IMG/VR virus record: IMGVR_UViG_2645727901_000008
Direction: 5' to 3' (one strand)
DNA: 64,000 nt
Origin: a virus
Lineage: Duplodnaviria; Heunggongvirae; Uroviricota; Caudoviricetes
Shown: positions 55,697 to 64,000 of the stretch, piece after piece
Layout: every line of letters begins with the position of its first letter
Numbering within the stretch: the stretch's first letter is position 1
The notes under the pieces: generated by a model
Told to the model about the DNA's origin: nothing
The model's input: only the letters and a program-made list of their open reading frames with translations
The model's database searches: none
Program-made: the position numbers and the translations under genes

Positions 55697-56761
55697 TTGA
55701 GTACGGCTAACACATGGAGTGCGCGCCAGACTTTCAACGGCGGGATCACCGGGGCGCTGACAGGGAACGCCGACACCGCGACGAAATTGAAAACAGCTCG
55801 AACAATCAACGGGGTGGGATTTGATGGTTCTAAAGATATTACACTGACTCCTGAAAATCTTGGCTTGACGGATATCGTGTCTCAAGCTGGTAACGCCGTT
55901 CAGCGTTCCGGCGATAAAATGACCGGAGAACTGAAAATTGGTACGGTGAATGCGCTTCGGATATTTGATGAAGCATTCGGTCTTATTTTCCGTCGTTCAG
56001 AAGATTTTCTTCATTTCATTCCGACGGCTGAAGGACAAGGCGAAAACGGTGATATCGGCCCATTAAGGCCATTCGCTATAAATCTGAGAACAGGTGCTAT
56101 ATCTGTCAGCCACGGGGCCAAAATTGAAGGAGGTCTAGCTATTGGTGCTACTGATAACGCACTGGGTGAAAACTCCATTGTTCTGGGAGATAACGACACC
56201 GGATTTAGGCAAGATGGAGATGGTATTATTAGCTTCTATTCAAATGGTTCGCGCATCGGACATATTGATGGGTTAGGATTATATCTTTATAAAGATATTG
56301 AATCTAATGGCAGCAATTTTAGATTAAAAAGTAATTACCGCCACCACATTACATTCGCCAACGAAGACGGAAGTATTCGTATGTTTTTGTGGAAAGATAA
56401 CGGTGGTGATGGTGTTCATATTAATAACGGTTCAGATGGTGGTGGTGACTTCATCTTTAAAAGGGATGGCGGTTTCACTCTGGGAAGTGGTGCGCAAGTC
56501 GCGTCTAGTGGCGATATTTATGGTTCAGTGTGGGAAAACAACTGGTTAAGCACATGGCTGCATAATCATGTCGTTCGGGATATTCGTCTTGGCAGCATTG
56601 AACATAAAAACGTATGGCGCGACTACGGCTTTGGCGATGCGTCAGGTTATGTTTTAACAGCCGCAATTAACAGCAATGCGGATGATATTGTCGACACTGT
56701 TGCCAGAAGGCCAATTCAGAAATTGATTGGGGGAATATGGTACAACGTGGGGAGTGTTTAA
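55697..56761 (+). CDS. alternative tail-fibre C-terminal cassette (Sv'-type, currently in the silent orientation)
   Basis: N-terminal 45 aa identical to the internal segment of 57855..60239; the listed start is inside the inverted repeat, so this is a cassette not an independent gene. Confidence 0.7.
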   Translation: MSTANTWSARQTFNGGITGALTGNADTATKLKTARTINGVGFDGSKDITLTPENLGLTDIVSQAGNAVQRSGDKMTGELKIGTVNALRIFDEAFGLIFRRSEDFLHFIPTAEGQGENGDIGPLRPFAINLRTGAISVSHGAKIEGGLAIGATDNALGENSIVLGDNDTGFRQDGDGIISFYSNGSRIGHIDGLGLYLYKDIESNGSNFRLKSNYRHHITFANEDGSIRMFLWKDNGGDGVHINNGSDGGGDFIFKRDGGFTLGSGAQVASSGDIYGSVWENNWLSTWLHNHVVRDIRLGSIEHKNVWRDYGFGDASGYVLTAAINSNADDIVDTVARRPIQKLIGGIWYNVGSV

Positions 56762-56762
56762 G

Positions 56763-57290
56763 ATGATGCACCTGAAAAATATTAAGGCCGGGAATCCGAA
56801 AACACCGGAACAATACCAGCTAACTAAAAAAGCGGGCGTGGTATGGCTCTTTTGCGAAGATGGCAAGAACTGGTATGAGGAACAAAAGAATTTTCAGCCA
56901 GACACCATAAAAATTGCTTACGATGAGAACAACATCATCGTTGCTGTCAGTAAAGACGTTTCAACTATTAATCCTGAAGGGCTAAGCATAGTTGAAGTTC
57001 CTGATATTACGGCAAATCGTCGCGCAGACAATAACGGAAAATGGATGTTTCTGGATGGTAAAGTAGTAAAGAGGGAATATACAGAACAGGAACTGCAACA
57101 ACAGGCCGAATCACAAAAGGCCGCGTTACTTTCCGAAGCAGAAAGCGTTATTCAGCCACTGGAACGCGCCGTCAGGCTGAATATGGCGACGGATGAGGAA
57201 CGCGCACGACTGGAGTCATGGGAACGCTACAGTGTTCTGGTCAGCCGTGTGGATACGGCAAATCCTGAATGGCCACAAAAGCCTGAATAA
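56763..57290 (+). CDS. tail fibre assembly protein (U'-type, alternative)
   Basis: [22 protein letters not shown]...; paralog of 57319..57852. Confidence 0.8.
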   Translation: MMHLKNIKAGNPKTPEQYQLTKKAGVVWLFCEDGKNWYEEQKNFQPDTIKIAYDENNIIVAVSKDVSTINPEGLSIVEVPDITANRRADNNGKWMFLDGKVVKREYTEQELQQQAESQKAALLSEAESVIQPLERAVRLNMATDEERARLESWERYSVLVSRVDTANPEWPQKPE

Positions 57291-57318
57291 AAATTAAGGC
57301 CCGATATCGGGCCTTGTC

Positions 57319-57852
57319 TCATTCAGGTTGTTCGGGAAACGTTACTGGCAGGCAGGAGGTGTCTGTGGATTCGACTTTCTGCGCATAGAGCATCCACTCT
57401 GTTAATTTTTGTTTATTCTCGTCGGAAATGATGCCCAGCCGTAGCTGTGAGTCCCATAGCTGGGTTTTATCCCTGACGAGCTGTAGCAGGCTTTGCTTTT
57501 CATTTTCCGCCTGCTGCCTCTGCTCTTCCTCGGTATAAGTTCGCTTTACCACTACGCCATCTTTGAACATCCATTTACCAGAAATATCAGCCCGGCGATT
57601 TGCTGTAATATCAGGAACCTCAACGACGCTTGCGCCTTCTGGATTAATTGCTGAAACATCCTTTTCAATACAAATAATAACGCCGTTGTGGTCATAGACC
57701 ATTTTCAACGTATCAGACTGGAAATTCTTTTGTTCCTCATACCAGTTTTTTCCATCCTCTGTATAAAGCCATTTGATGTTAAATTGTTTCGTTAGCTGGT
57801 ATTGCTCTTTTGTTTTAGGGTTGCCCGCTGTAATATTTTTTAAGTGCATCAT
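57319..57852 (-). CDS. tail fibre assembly protein (U-type, currently expressed orientation)
   Basis: MMHLKNITAGNPKTKEQYQLTK...; follows the tail-fibre gene. Confidence 0.8.
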   Translation of the reverse strand: MMHLKNITAGNPKTKEQYQLTKQFNIKWLYTEDGKNWYEEQKNFQSDTLKMVYDHNGVIICIEKDVSAINPEGASVVEVPDITANRRADISGKWMFKDGVVVKRTYTEEEQRQQAENEKQSLLQLVRDKTQLWDSQLRLGIISDENKQKLTEWMLYAQKVESTDTSCLPVTFPEQPE

Positions 57853-57854
57853 AA

Positions 57855-60239
57855 TTAAATGCTCCCCGCGTTATACCACGTCCCATTAATACAATACTGA
57901 ATTGGCCTTGCCTGTGTTGTATCAATTAATTCATCACGGTTTCCATTAACTGAACCCGTAACGACATAACCTGACCTGTCAGACCAGCCGGGACCATTCC
58001 ATGTCTGAACAGATGACAGACCGCCCAGGCGAATACCTGTAATAAACCTTGAGTTACATTCTGCCTGTGTATATGCACCAACATCCCCCGCAGAGGGTTT
58101 GCGGGTTGTGGTGTAAAACTCTGACCAGTTAGCTTCAAAGCCATAACCATCACGCGCTGAACGATAAAAGATACCGCCGTTCTTATAATTCACGCGGAAC
58201 TGTACAGCAGGGCAACTCCCCGCATTCATATTAAAGTGGAGGATTAATGTCGATGCACCACTGATATCTGCATCATAAACGCCGCTATTCCAGTTCCAGC
58301 CAACAGCTTTATCATGTGCAACCCTGCTTCCTGTTTGCCCTAAAGCAAATGCAGGCTGCTGGTTTTTCGTATTGTAGTCTCTTCGCCAGCCAGGAGCATA
58401 AGCATCACCATGATTAATATAAGTGAATTGAGCGTTAGTGATTCCGCCGCCGCTGGACGTACTCGGAGTAGTAACGCGTATGGTCATTGCGCCGCGAGTG
58501 CCAATAACTTCCACCACAGCACCTGCAAGACAAATATTTCCGCAACCTGTATCTGTAATGACCTTATTATTTGCATAAGCCCATGAGCCTTTGCACATCC
58601 AGTAAGGATGGTTAAATGCCCCCTGACTCTCCAGCCACGAAATAAATTGCGCAGTTGTCCAGATCTGACTATCGCCACCAATATCCACCCATGCGCTATA
58701 TGCGCGGCAGGCACCAATATTTTTGGTGAAGGTATCTTTTCCCGGAATATCTGCGCCGTTCTGGTTTTTCTGTAATGCTCCTGCGGCTAATTCTACGGTT
58801 TGTTCAAGATTTAAATCTTCCGCCGTTAGCTCAATGTTTTTAGAACCATCAAATCCCACCCCGTTGATTGTTCGAGCTGTTTTCAATTTCGTCGCGGTGT
58901 CGGCGTTCCCTGTCAGCGCCCCGGTGATCCCGCCGTTGAAAGTCTGGCGCGCACTCCATGTGTTAGCCGTACTCAACAGGGGGATCTTTTCACCGCTGGT
59001 ACCGAGTTCTCTTAAACCAAGGTATTGGATAACGGCCAGTGTGCTTGTTTTAGCCAGAATATCGCGACCGACTGACGTTAAATCAGTCTGCGCTACCGTA
59101 TCCTTATCAATGAAATAAGGCAGTTTGTTTGCACCAGTCGCAAGACCAGCAAGCGCGGTTAAAGTTGCATCCAGAGGCTGTTTGCCTGCCAGCGCATTTG
59201 TCATTGTTGTCGCAAAGTTCGGGTCATTGCCCAGTGCTGCTGCAAGCTCATTCAGGGTATCAAGAGCTTCAGGTGATGAGCCGATCAATGCAGAGATAGC
59301 AGCTCTTACATAAGCGGTCGTAGCAATCTGCGTGTTATTCGTACCCTGTGCAGCGGTAGGCGCAGTAGGTATTCCCGTTAATGCAGGGCTTGCTAAAGGC
59401 GCTTTGAGAGCCAGGGCATTGTTGATAGTTGTGCTGAAATTCGGGTCGTTATTGATCGCAGCCGCTATTTCTTTCAGCGTGTCCATCGTTCCCGGAGCAC
59501 CATTGATAAGCGCATTTATAGCAGCATAGACAAAGGCCGCATTTGCGATCTGTGTGTTGTTTGTACCGGGTTCAGGTGTTGGCGAAGTCGGCGTACCTGA
59601 CAGATGCGGACTATCGAGCGGAGCTTTTGTATCAACCAAATCATGGAGAGTTTTGACAGCCAGAGGTGTAGCCGCTTTTCTTTCTTCTGTACTGCTTATT
59701 TCATTAGAGAATTCGACACCAACAGCACGGTTAACTCGGTATTTAAGCACAATCATTTCTTTAGTCACAGCCGTTGCGCCGCTAGGCACGATAACTCGAC
59801 ATAATTCAATTTGATTCTGCCCAATAGTATTGTCCGTACGCACGTAAATTCTTGCAGCGCTGACAGAAGATGCGCTATCTACCTGTGTCGTTTTTACACC
59901 ATGTTCAAAATTGGCTTCCAGCACAATAATGTTGGTAGCCCCAGCCTTTACCGAGACAGTCACATCTTCTATTTGCTGAACGGATATCTGAACATTATTT
60001 ACATCTACTGAAGCAGCCCCTTTACCTTCTGAGTTTTCAGAAGTTATACGGACGCTCAACCCTGTGCCGGGAACTGGTTCAAATCCACAGTAAAAGCCAG
60101 GCAAAACAATATTTTTAAGTTTTCTGTTAAGAGCCGAACTACTATAGAGTTCGAAATATTGAACATCAGCAAGCAACGGCTGTGAGACACCAGAGGATAG
60201 TGTCATTATGTTGTTCGTTTTATCAGCCCCCATAATCAA
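57855..60239 (-). CDS. tail fibre protein (constant N-terminal part outside, variable C-terminal part inside the invertible segment)
   Basis: 794 aa; Ala/Thr-rich repeats (NTQIANAAFVYAAINALI / NTQIATTAYVRAAISALI) typical of myovirus fibres; crosses the right inverted repeat. Confidence 0.85.
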   Translation of the reverse strand: MIMGADKTNNIMTLSSGVSQPLLADVQYFELYSSSALNRKLKNIVLPGFYCGFEPVPGTGLSVRITSENSEGKGAASVDVNNVQISVQQIEDVTVSVKAGATNIIVLEANFEHGVKTTQVDSASSVSAARIYVRTDNTIGQNQIELCRVIVPSGATAVTKEMIVLKYRVNRAVGVEFSNEISSTEERKAATPLAVKTLHDLVDTKAPLDSPHLSGTPTSPTPEPGTNNTQIANAAFVYAAINALINGAPGTMDTLKEIAAAINNDPNFSTTINNALALKAPLASPALTGIPTAPTAAQGTNNTQIATTAYVRAAISALIGSSPEALDTLNELAAALGNDPNFATTMTNALAGKQPLDATLTALAGLATGANKLPYFIDKDTVAQTDLTSVGRDILAKTSTLAVIQYLGLRELGTSGEKIPLLSTANTWSARQTFNGGITGALTGNADTATKLKTARTINGVGFDGSKNIELTAEDLNLEQTVELAAGALQKNQNGADIPGKDTFTKNIGACRAYSAWVDIGGDSQIWTTAQFISWLESQGAFNHPYWMCKGSWAYANNKVITDTGCGNICLAGAVVEVIGTRGAMTIRVTTPSTSSGGGITNAQFTYINHGDAYAPGWRRDYNTKNQQPAFALGQTGSRVAHDKAVGWNWNSGVYDADISGASTLILHFNMNAGSCPAVQFRVNYKNGGIFYRSARDGYGFEANWSEFYTTTRKPSAGDVGAYTQAECNSRFITGIRLGGLSSVQTWNGPGWSDRSGYVVTGSVNGNRDELIDTTQARPIQYCINGTWYNAGSI
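59000..59027. other. cix/gix-type inversion crossover site (right)
   Basis: ttctctTAAACCAAGGTattggataa, mirror of the left site. Confidence 0.55.
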
Positions 60240-60682
60240 CCCTCAACTTGCTCGATTGTCATGAGAATACTGTAACGTTTACCTTTATAGAGGGTATCTT
60301 GCTGGGTGCAAAGCACACCAAAAGCCTGTTCCTCAGCATCAACAAGCACAAGCGTGTTAAAGTCGTAAGGCGTGTTATCCGGCATTCTTTCTTGAGGGAA
60401 GGCTGCATTGATAGTGATAATCCCATCCACACTGGACAATATCAGATCGGACACTGCAAACTGTTGAGCATCACTCAATTTAAAATCGAGTGGAATGTCA
60501 GCTATATTCCAGCCTCCTGCACCATTAGCAGTTACCAGACTAGATTTGCACCAATACGCCTTAGAGATAACAAAACGCGCACCTTTGCCGATCGCCGACT
60601 CAGCGCGGCGTGAATAATAGTAGGAAAGCAATTGCGCCTTATACAGGCGGTTACCATCTCTTGCCTTTAAATTTTCAGCCAT
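60236..60682 (-). CDS. tail protein upstream of the fibre gene
   Basis: 148 aa; stop overlaps the fibre start; late-promoter-like 15-mer about 45 nt upstream. Confidence 0.55.
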   Translation of the reverse strand: MAENLKARDGNRLYKAQLLSYYYSRRAESAIGKGARFVISKAYWCKSSLVTANGAGGWNIADIPLDFKLSDAQQFAVSDLILSSVDGIITINAAFPQERMPDNTPYDFNTLVLVDAEEQAFGVLCTQQDTLYKGKRYSILMTIEQVEG

Positions 60683-60723
60683 ACGAACATAGCCCCTTCA
60701 TAAGCAATGAACCAAAGGAGAGT

Positions 60724-60738
60724 ATGCTCAGTTTGTGA
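60724..60738 (-). promoter_or_regulatory. candidate late-promoter element GGAAATCACAAACTG (copy 2) followed by CATACT
   Basis: Identical 15-mer to the copy at 1447-1461; adjacent 10-bp GC hairpin (TTCTTCCCCC/GGGGGAAGAA) at about 60738-60765. Confidence 0.35.
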
Positions 60739-60776
60739 TTTCCGTTGTTCTTCCCCCAAATGCGGGGGAAGAATTA

Positions 60777-61622
60777 TTAAACAGGTTGAAGGTGGTAATC
60801 CAAAGGCCACGCATCGAGTGGGGTTACATCAAGATGTAATTGCTTTTCTGCCGTTCGGTTCGGTATGGCGTTAAGAGAAATATTGTCTACCTGGCAGGAG
60901 GTATCACTACGGGATAGCATATCAGCCATACTCTCAGTAACATAAACACCTTCAATTACCGAAACATCCGTAGACAAGCAATTTAGTATTTCTGCCACTT
61001 CAGGGAATACAGCACTAAGCCGAAACGAGACGCCATCAAAAACAATATGCAATGGCAACAAAGGGGCTATTACTGTTTCGAAGTCAGATAACAATTTCTG
61101 CACAGCGGCTTCTTTATCCTGCTCTCCATATGAGCGATATAGCTTGTTCTGATCAACAACGACCAGCCCCCTTGATGTCAGGAAGAACTCACCGAATTGA
61201 GCCTGTGCCGTAGGTATTTCTATTTCGGTCGCAAAATATGAACCATAGGGGTGTTTTTCTATATTTACAGGTGCATATAGCGGTTCCCAACTAACAGGAA
61301 TACAACCGAATTCACGCCAGAATGTCTGCTCAATAGGCAAGATAGTGCCTTTAAAGTGCACTTCATCTAAACGTTGCGCCAGCAGCATTGGCCTACGGGC
61401 CTTATCTTTTTCAGTGATAACGAAAAAACGCCCGTATTCAGCAATGCGGGCATCCATATCCTCACTGTCCATAGTGAAGAAGGATTTTCTGTTACTTATT
61501 CTTGTTAATATTGGTTCTACTGCCTCATTCCAGACATCTTGCAAAGCGTCTATAAAGGCACTCCAGAGATGGGAATCCTGTTTTACTTTAGTTAATCGTT
61601 CCTTAAGCCAATTATCTTTCAT
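60777..61622 (-). CDS. baseplate/tail protein
   Basis: 281 aa; between the baseplate J-like gene and the fibre operon. Confidence 0.6.
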   Translation of the reverse strand: MKDNWLKERLTKVKQDSHLWSAFIDALQDVWNEAVEPILTRISNRKSFFTMDSEDMDARIAEYGRFFVITEKDKARRPMLLAQRLDEVHFKGTILPIEQTFWREFGCIPVSWEPLYAPVNIEKHPYGSYFATEIEIPTAQAQFGEFFLTSRGLVVVDQNKLYRSYGEQDKEAAVQKLLSDFETVIAPLLPLHIVFDGVSFRLSAVFPEVAEILNCLSTDVSVIEGVYVTESMADMLSRSDTSCQVDNISLNAIPNRTAEKQLHLDVTPLDAWPLDYHLQPV

Positions 61623-61632
61623 GCTAACCTCA

Positions 61633-63063
61633 TTACGGGTAAGAAATGCTGAACGTTGAAGATTTCACGTCAAGATAAATGAAGTCATTAAAGTAAACAG
61701 CATCTTTCATATTTTGTATTGTTATGTCGTAAGACAGAAACATGTCCAGAGACTCTATTACTCGCCAAATATCTTTAACTTTTACCTGTGCATAACATTG
61801 CTGGGAATCATCATCACTCTGTAGTAATAAACTGAATGATGACGAATCACGGCCAAAATTATCTTCCAACGCTGCTTTAATAGCATTTTGAGCATCGTCT
61901 ATCAGAACATTTTTACGTGCAATACCTATAAAATTTATAGTAAATGGCTGTTCATTTGTATCTACATACTCGAACCGCTTGTTCAACTCATTTGGAACAT
62001 TCTCTAGAGCTTTCAGTATTTCTGATTTTAGCTGAGCCTGGCTTACACCCGGCTTATGTCCGCAAAAGAAAATTTTGTTGATGTTTCGAACGTCAAACCC
62101 AGTTATTTTCTCTTGTAACGCTTCGCCCCAAACGTTCAACCATGAAGTTCCATGAACAACATTCTGAATGAATTGGCGATAATCACCGCCCCATATCACT
62201 TGTTCATCGTATGCAACATAATACTGAGCACGATTTCGAGTTTCTTCTGTAGTTTCCATACCACTACCACCGGTAATGATCGAATCTGTTTTAAACTCTA
62301 GTGACTCCACATATTGAGCGATATTTCCAGCCGGTTCTAACTTTTGTCCTTCAGCCAAAGTATAGTCGCCAAGGCTAGCCATAACATCGATTCGAACCTG
62401 ACAGCCTGCTGGAGGCATCATACCCATAGAACCATCACCAAACTTGACTCCAAGTTGTTCTGTAGGTTTATATGCCAATGAATAGTGCTTACTCTTGTCT
62501 CTGGACATTCTAAATAATGGGTTATATGTCCATTTTTCTTCTACGCCATCTGTAATAATATAAACATCCAGGCTAGAGACTTCTTTTGTTAACTCTCTGG
62601 AAAGCAACAATGTCAGAAATAAAGTTTCCTTCTCAATATCAAATGTAACGCTAACAGCTTCATGCTGTTTAGTTTCTACGCCAGAAACAGTTCCTCCAGC
62701 AGGAATTACAACACTGTTAATAATTGCCAAAGGTGTTTGGTCATTGGCAAGCAATTCAGCCCCGGCTGGCAACGTAATATCCCGATCAGTTTTATTGGTT
62801 ATAGACGTTGTTCCGTATGAAGCACTAACAAATCGCCCTACGTAGCTACGGTCTTCAGCAACCGCTAAAATACTTGAGCGGCGCGTAGCCGTTGAAATAA
62901 GTCCCTCAGTGAGGCCGCGGCTTGCAAATGTACGGGCAATATAAATAAGCTGTGATCCGAATATAGCGTGCATCTGCACAAACTGACTATTTACAAATCG
63001 TGACCACCATGTGTTTTCATTTAACTTGGCATTAAATTTGTCCAGTAATTCTGTAATCGTCAC
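61633..63063 (-). CDS. baseplate J-like protein
   Basis: 476 aa; size and position (after the gp25/W-like gene) typical of myovirus baseplate J/gp47. Confidence 0.6.
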   Translation of the reverse strand: MTITELLDKFNAKLNENTWWSRFVNSQFVQMHAIFGSQLIYIARTFASRGLTEGLISTATRRSSILAVAEDRSYVGRFVSASYGTTSITNKTDRDITLPAGAELLANDQTPLAIINSVVIPAGGTVSGVETKQHEAVSVTFDIEKETLFLTLLLSRELTKEVSSLDVYIITDGVEEKWTYNPLFRMSRDKSKHYSLAYKPTEQLGVKFGDGSMGMMPPAGCQVRIDVMASLGDYTLAEGQKLEPAGNIAQYVESLEFKTDSIITGGSGMETTEETRNRAQYYVAYDEQVIWGGDYRQFIQNVVHGTSWLNVWGEALQEKITGFDVRNINKIFFCGHKPGVSQAQLKSEILKALENVPNELNKRFEYVDTNEQPFTINFIGIARKNVLIDDAQNAIKAALEDNFGRDSSSFSLLLQSDDDSQQCYAQVKVKDIWRVIESLDMFLSYDITIQNMKDAVYFNDFIYLDVKSSTFSISYP

Positions 63064-63434
63064 GCGCCCACCCCACTTGATTTCTGCATAACAATATCCA
63101 TGCTCCCACCTTTCGCATAAAAACTAATTAATAAAGAATCTTCAGAAATTGATGTGCAACGAATCCCCTGCACATCCAAACCTGGCAAGTCTTGTCGTAG
63201 TTTTTTCATCATTCTCCCTTCAATAGCCACTTCAACTATGTGCGAAGTTTCAGAGCCGAATGGTTCATGCTTAAATTCTTCCATTGGATTCCCCCAAGAG
63301 GGTAAACCATAAACACTCCCTTCAGGGGTTCGTAGCCACTCGTCAAGTCGGGCCATCCATGCTGCGGTACTTCCTTCTGCAATAATGACACCGCTCTCAT
63401 TCGTTTGAAGTCTTGCGTCTATTTCATAAAGCAT
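63060..63434 (-). CDS. baseplate wedge protein (gp25/W-like)
   Basis: 124 aa; coupled to the J-like gene. Confidence 0.55.
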   Translation of the reverse strand: MLYEIDARLQTNESGVIIAEGSTAAWMARLDEWLRTPEGSVYGLPSWGNPMEEFKHEPFGSETSHIVEVAIEGRMMKKLRQDLPGLDVQGIRCTSISEDSLLISFYAKGGSMDIVMQKSSGVGA

Positions 63435-63439
63435 CTGTA

Positions 63440-63961
63440 TTAATCCTCAAGCAGAGCATCCAGCGACGGGTCATTAATAGTTGTGCTAGCACGTGGTCGC
63501 GGTTGCGGCTGCGATGTTTTGACAACCTTATCCGGATCGCCTTTTGTATTGTTCTTGTTCACATTCAGAAGATCGTTCAGGATAGAGCAGATGTTATCCA
63601 GCGCCTTCAACATAGCAGGATCGTTATTTATAGTGTCAGTAGTTAATGGTTGTCTTATTCCGCTTCGTGCGAGATCTGTTACAGTAGGAAGCTGTGGTGG
63701 CAAAGCAAGAAAAGGTTCTTGCACGGCTGACGCAGAGCCAAATATGGCATTATTGGCTTCGTTTGATATACCTCTAATGCTATCTGCGGTTTGTTGAATA
63801 CCATTATTCAGCCAACTACCGGCGCTCTTGGTAAGCGGGCTAATAGCCCTGGCAATTGTTGAGTTCTGCCCAGTAGCCTGATAAACCAAATCATTAACAA
63901 TACCTGTGCCATCTACCCCACCAATAAGTTGTGAAACGTTATCGCCAATTGCAGGTAACAC
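63440..63961 (-). CDS. tail/baseplate protein (may extend beyond the annotated start toward the window end)
   Basis: 173-aa ORF in the same operon; Gly/Asn-rich. Confidence 0.5.
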   Translation of the reverse strand: MLPAIGDNVSQLIGGVDGTGIVNDLVYQATGQNSTIARAISPLTKSAGSWLNNGIQQTADSIRGISNEANNAIFGSASAVQEPFLALPPQLPTVTDLARSGIRQPLTTDTINNDPAMLKALDNICSILNDLLNVNKNNTKGDPDKVVKTSQPQPRPRASTTINDPSLDALLED

Positions 63962-64000
63962 AGCAGAGCTAATACGTTTCAGACCTGTTAATGACGAGTC

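Larger units (their letters stand above)
55651..59028. other. invertible DNA segment (P1 C-segment / Mu G-segment type) carrying alternative tail-fibre C-termini and assembly genes
   Basis: Bounded by ~178-bp inverted repeats (about 55651-55829 and 58848-59028) that encode the same [16 protein letters not shown]...GVGFDGSK peptide in opposite orientations. Confidence 0.8.

Noticed and set aside
55697-55840. Treating [11 protein letters not shown] as the true start of an independent tail-fibre gene
   Set aside because: This N-terminus lies inside the inverted repeat and duplicates an internal segment of the expressed fibre gene; it is a cassette joined to the constant part after inversion.
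60738-60765. GC-rich 10-bp hairpin (TTCTTCCCCC/GGGGGAAGAA) as a terminator
   Set aside because: No T-run follows on the minus strand where the flanking genes are encoded; it sits inside a probable promoter region, so it is not called a terminator.
1-64000. CRISPR arrays, rRNA genes, insertion sequences or transposases
   Set aside because: No regularly spaced direct repeats, no rRNA-like sequence, and no transposase-like ORF with terminal inverted repeats were seen; the only recombinases are the Cre-family enzyme and the Cin-type invertase.

Overview
This 64-kb window reads as one contiguous segment of a P1/D6-like temperate myovirus phage-plasmid from an enterobacterium, with no host core genes recognised. 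All calls come from reading the sequence and the ORF track; no database search was run, and hand-derived coordinates for sites, tRNAs and small ORFs may be off by 1-2 nt (CDS coordinates follow the ORF track). Backbone: a Cre-family recombinase beside a 14-4-14 lox/rox-type site, PacA/PacB-like terminase, a tRNA cluster, a DarB-like 2279-aa methyltransferase-helicase, head and Dar-like virion genes, a lysis cassette, a Cin-type invertase with an invertible tail-fibre segment, and baseplate genes. Accessory content: two icd/Rha-antirepressor (immI-like) modules, a HumD/Phd/Doc cluster, a dUTPase, and a block of lambdoid-type early genes (Ser/Thr phosphatase, DUF968-like, Ea22-like paralogs). 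The best candidate for an undescribed system is the AT-rich, translationally coupled three-gene operon at 2697-4689 (small protein, ImmA/IrrE-like HExxH metallopeptidase, Dcd-type dCTP-deaminase-fold enzyme). Also notable: an AT-rich island with a HEPN-motif membrane protein (48.8-49.9 kb), a dispersed asymmetric operator-like motif in at least 11 copies, a candidate late-promoter 15-mer, and c4-like antisense complementarity upstream of both icd-like genes.
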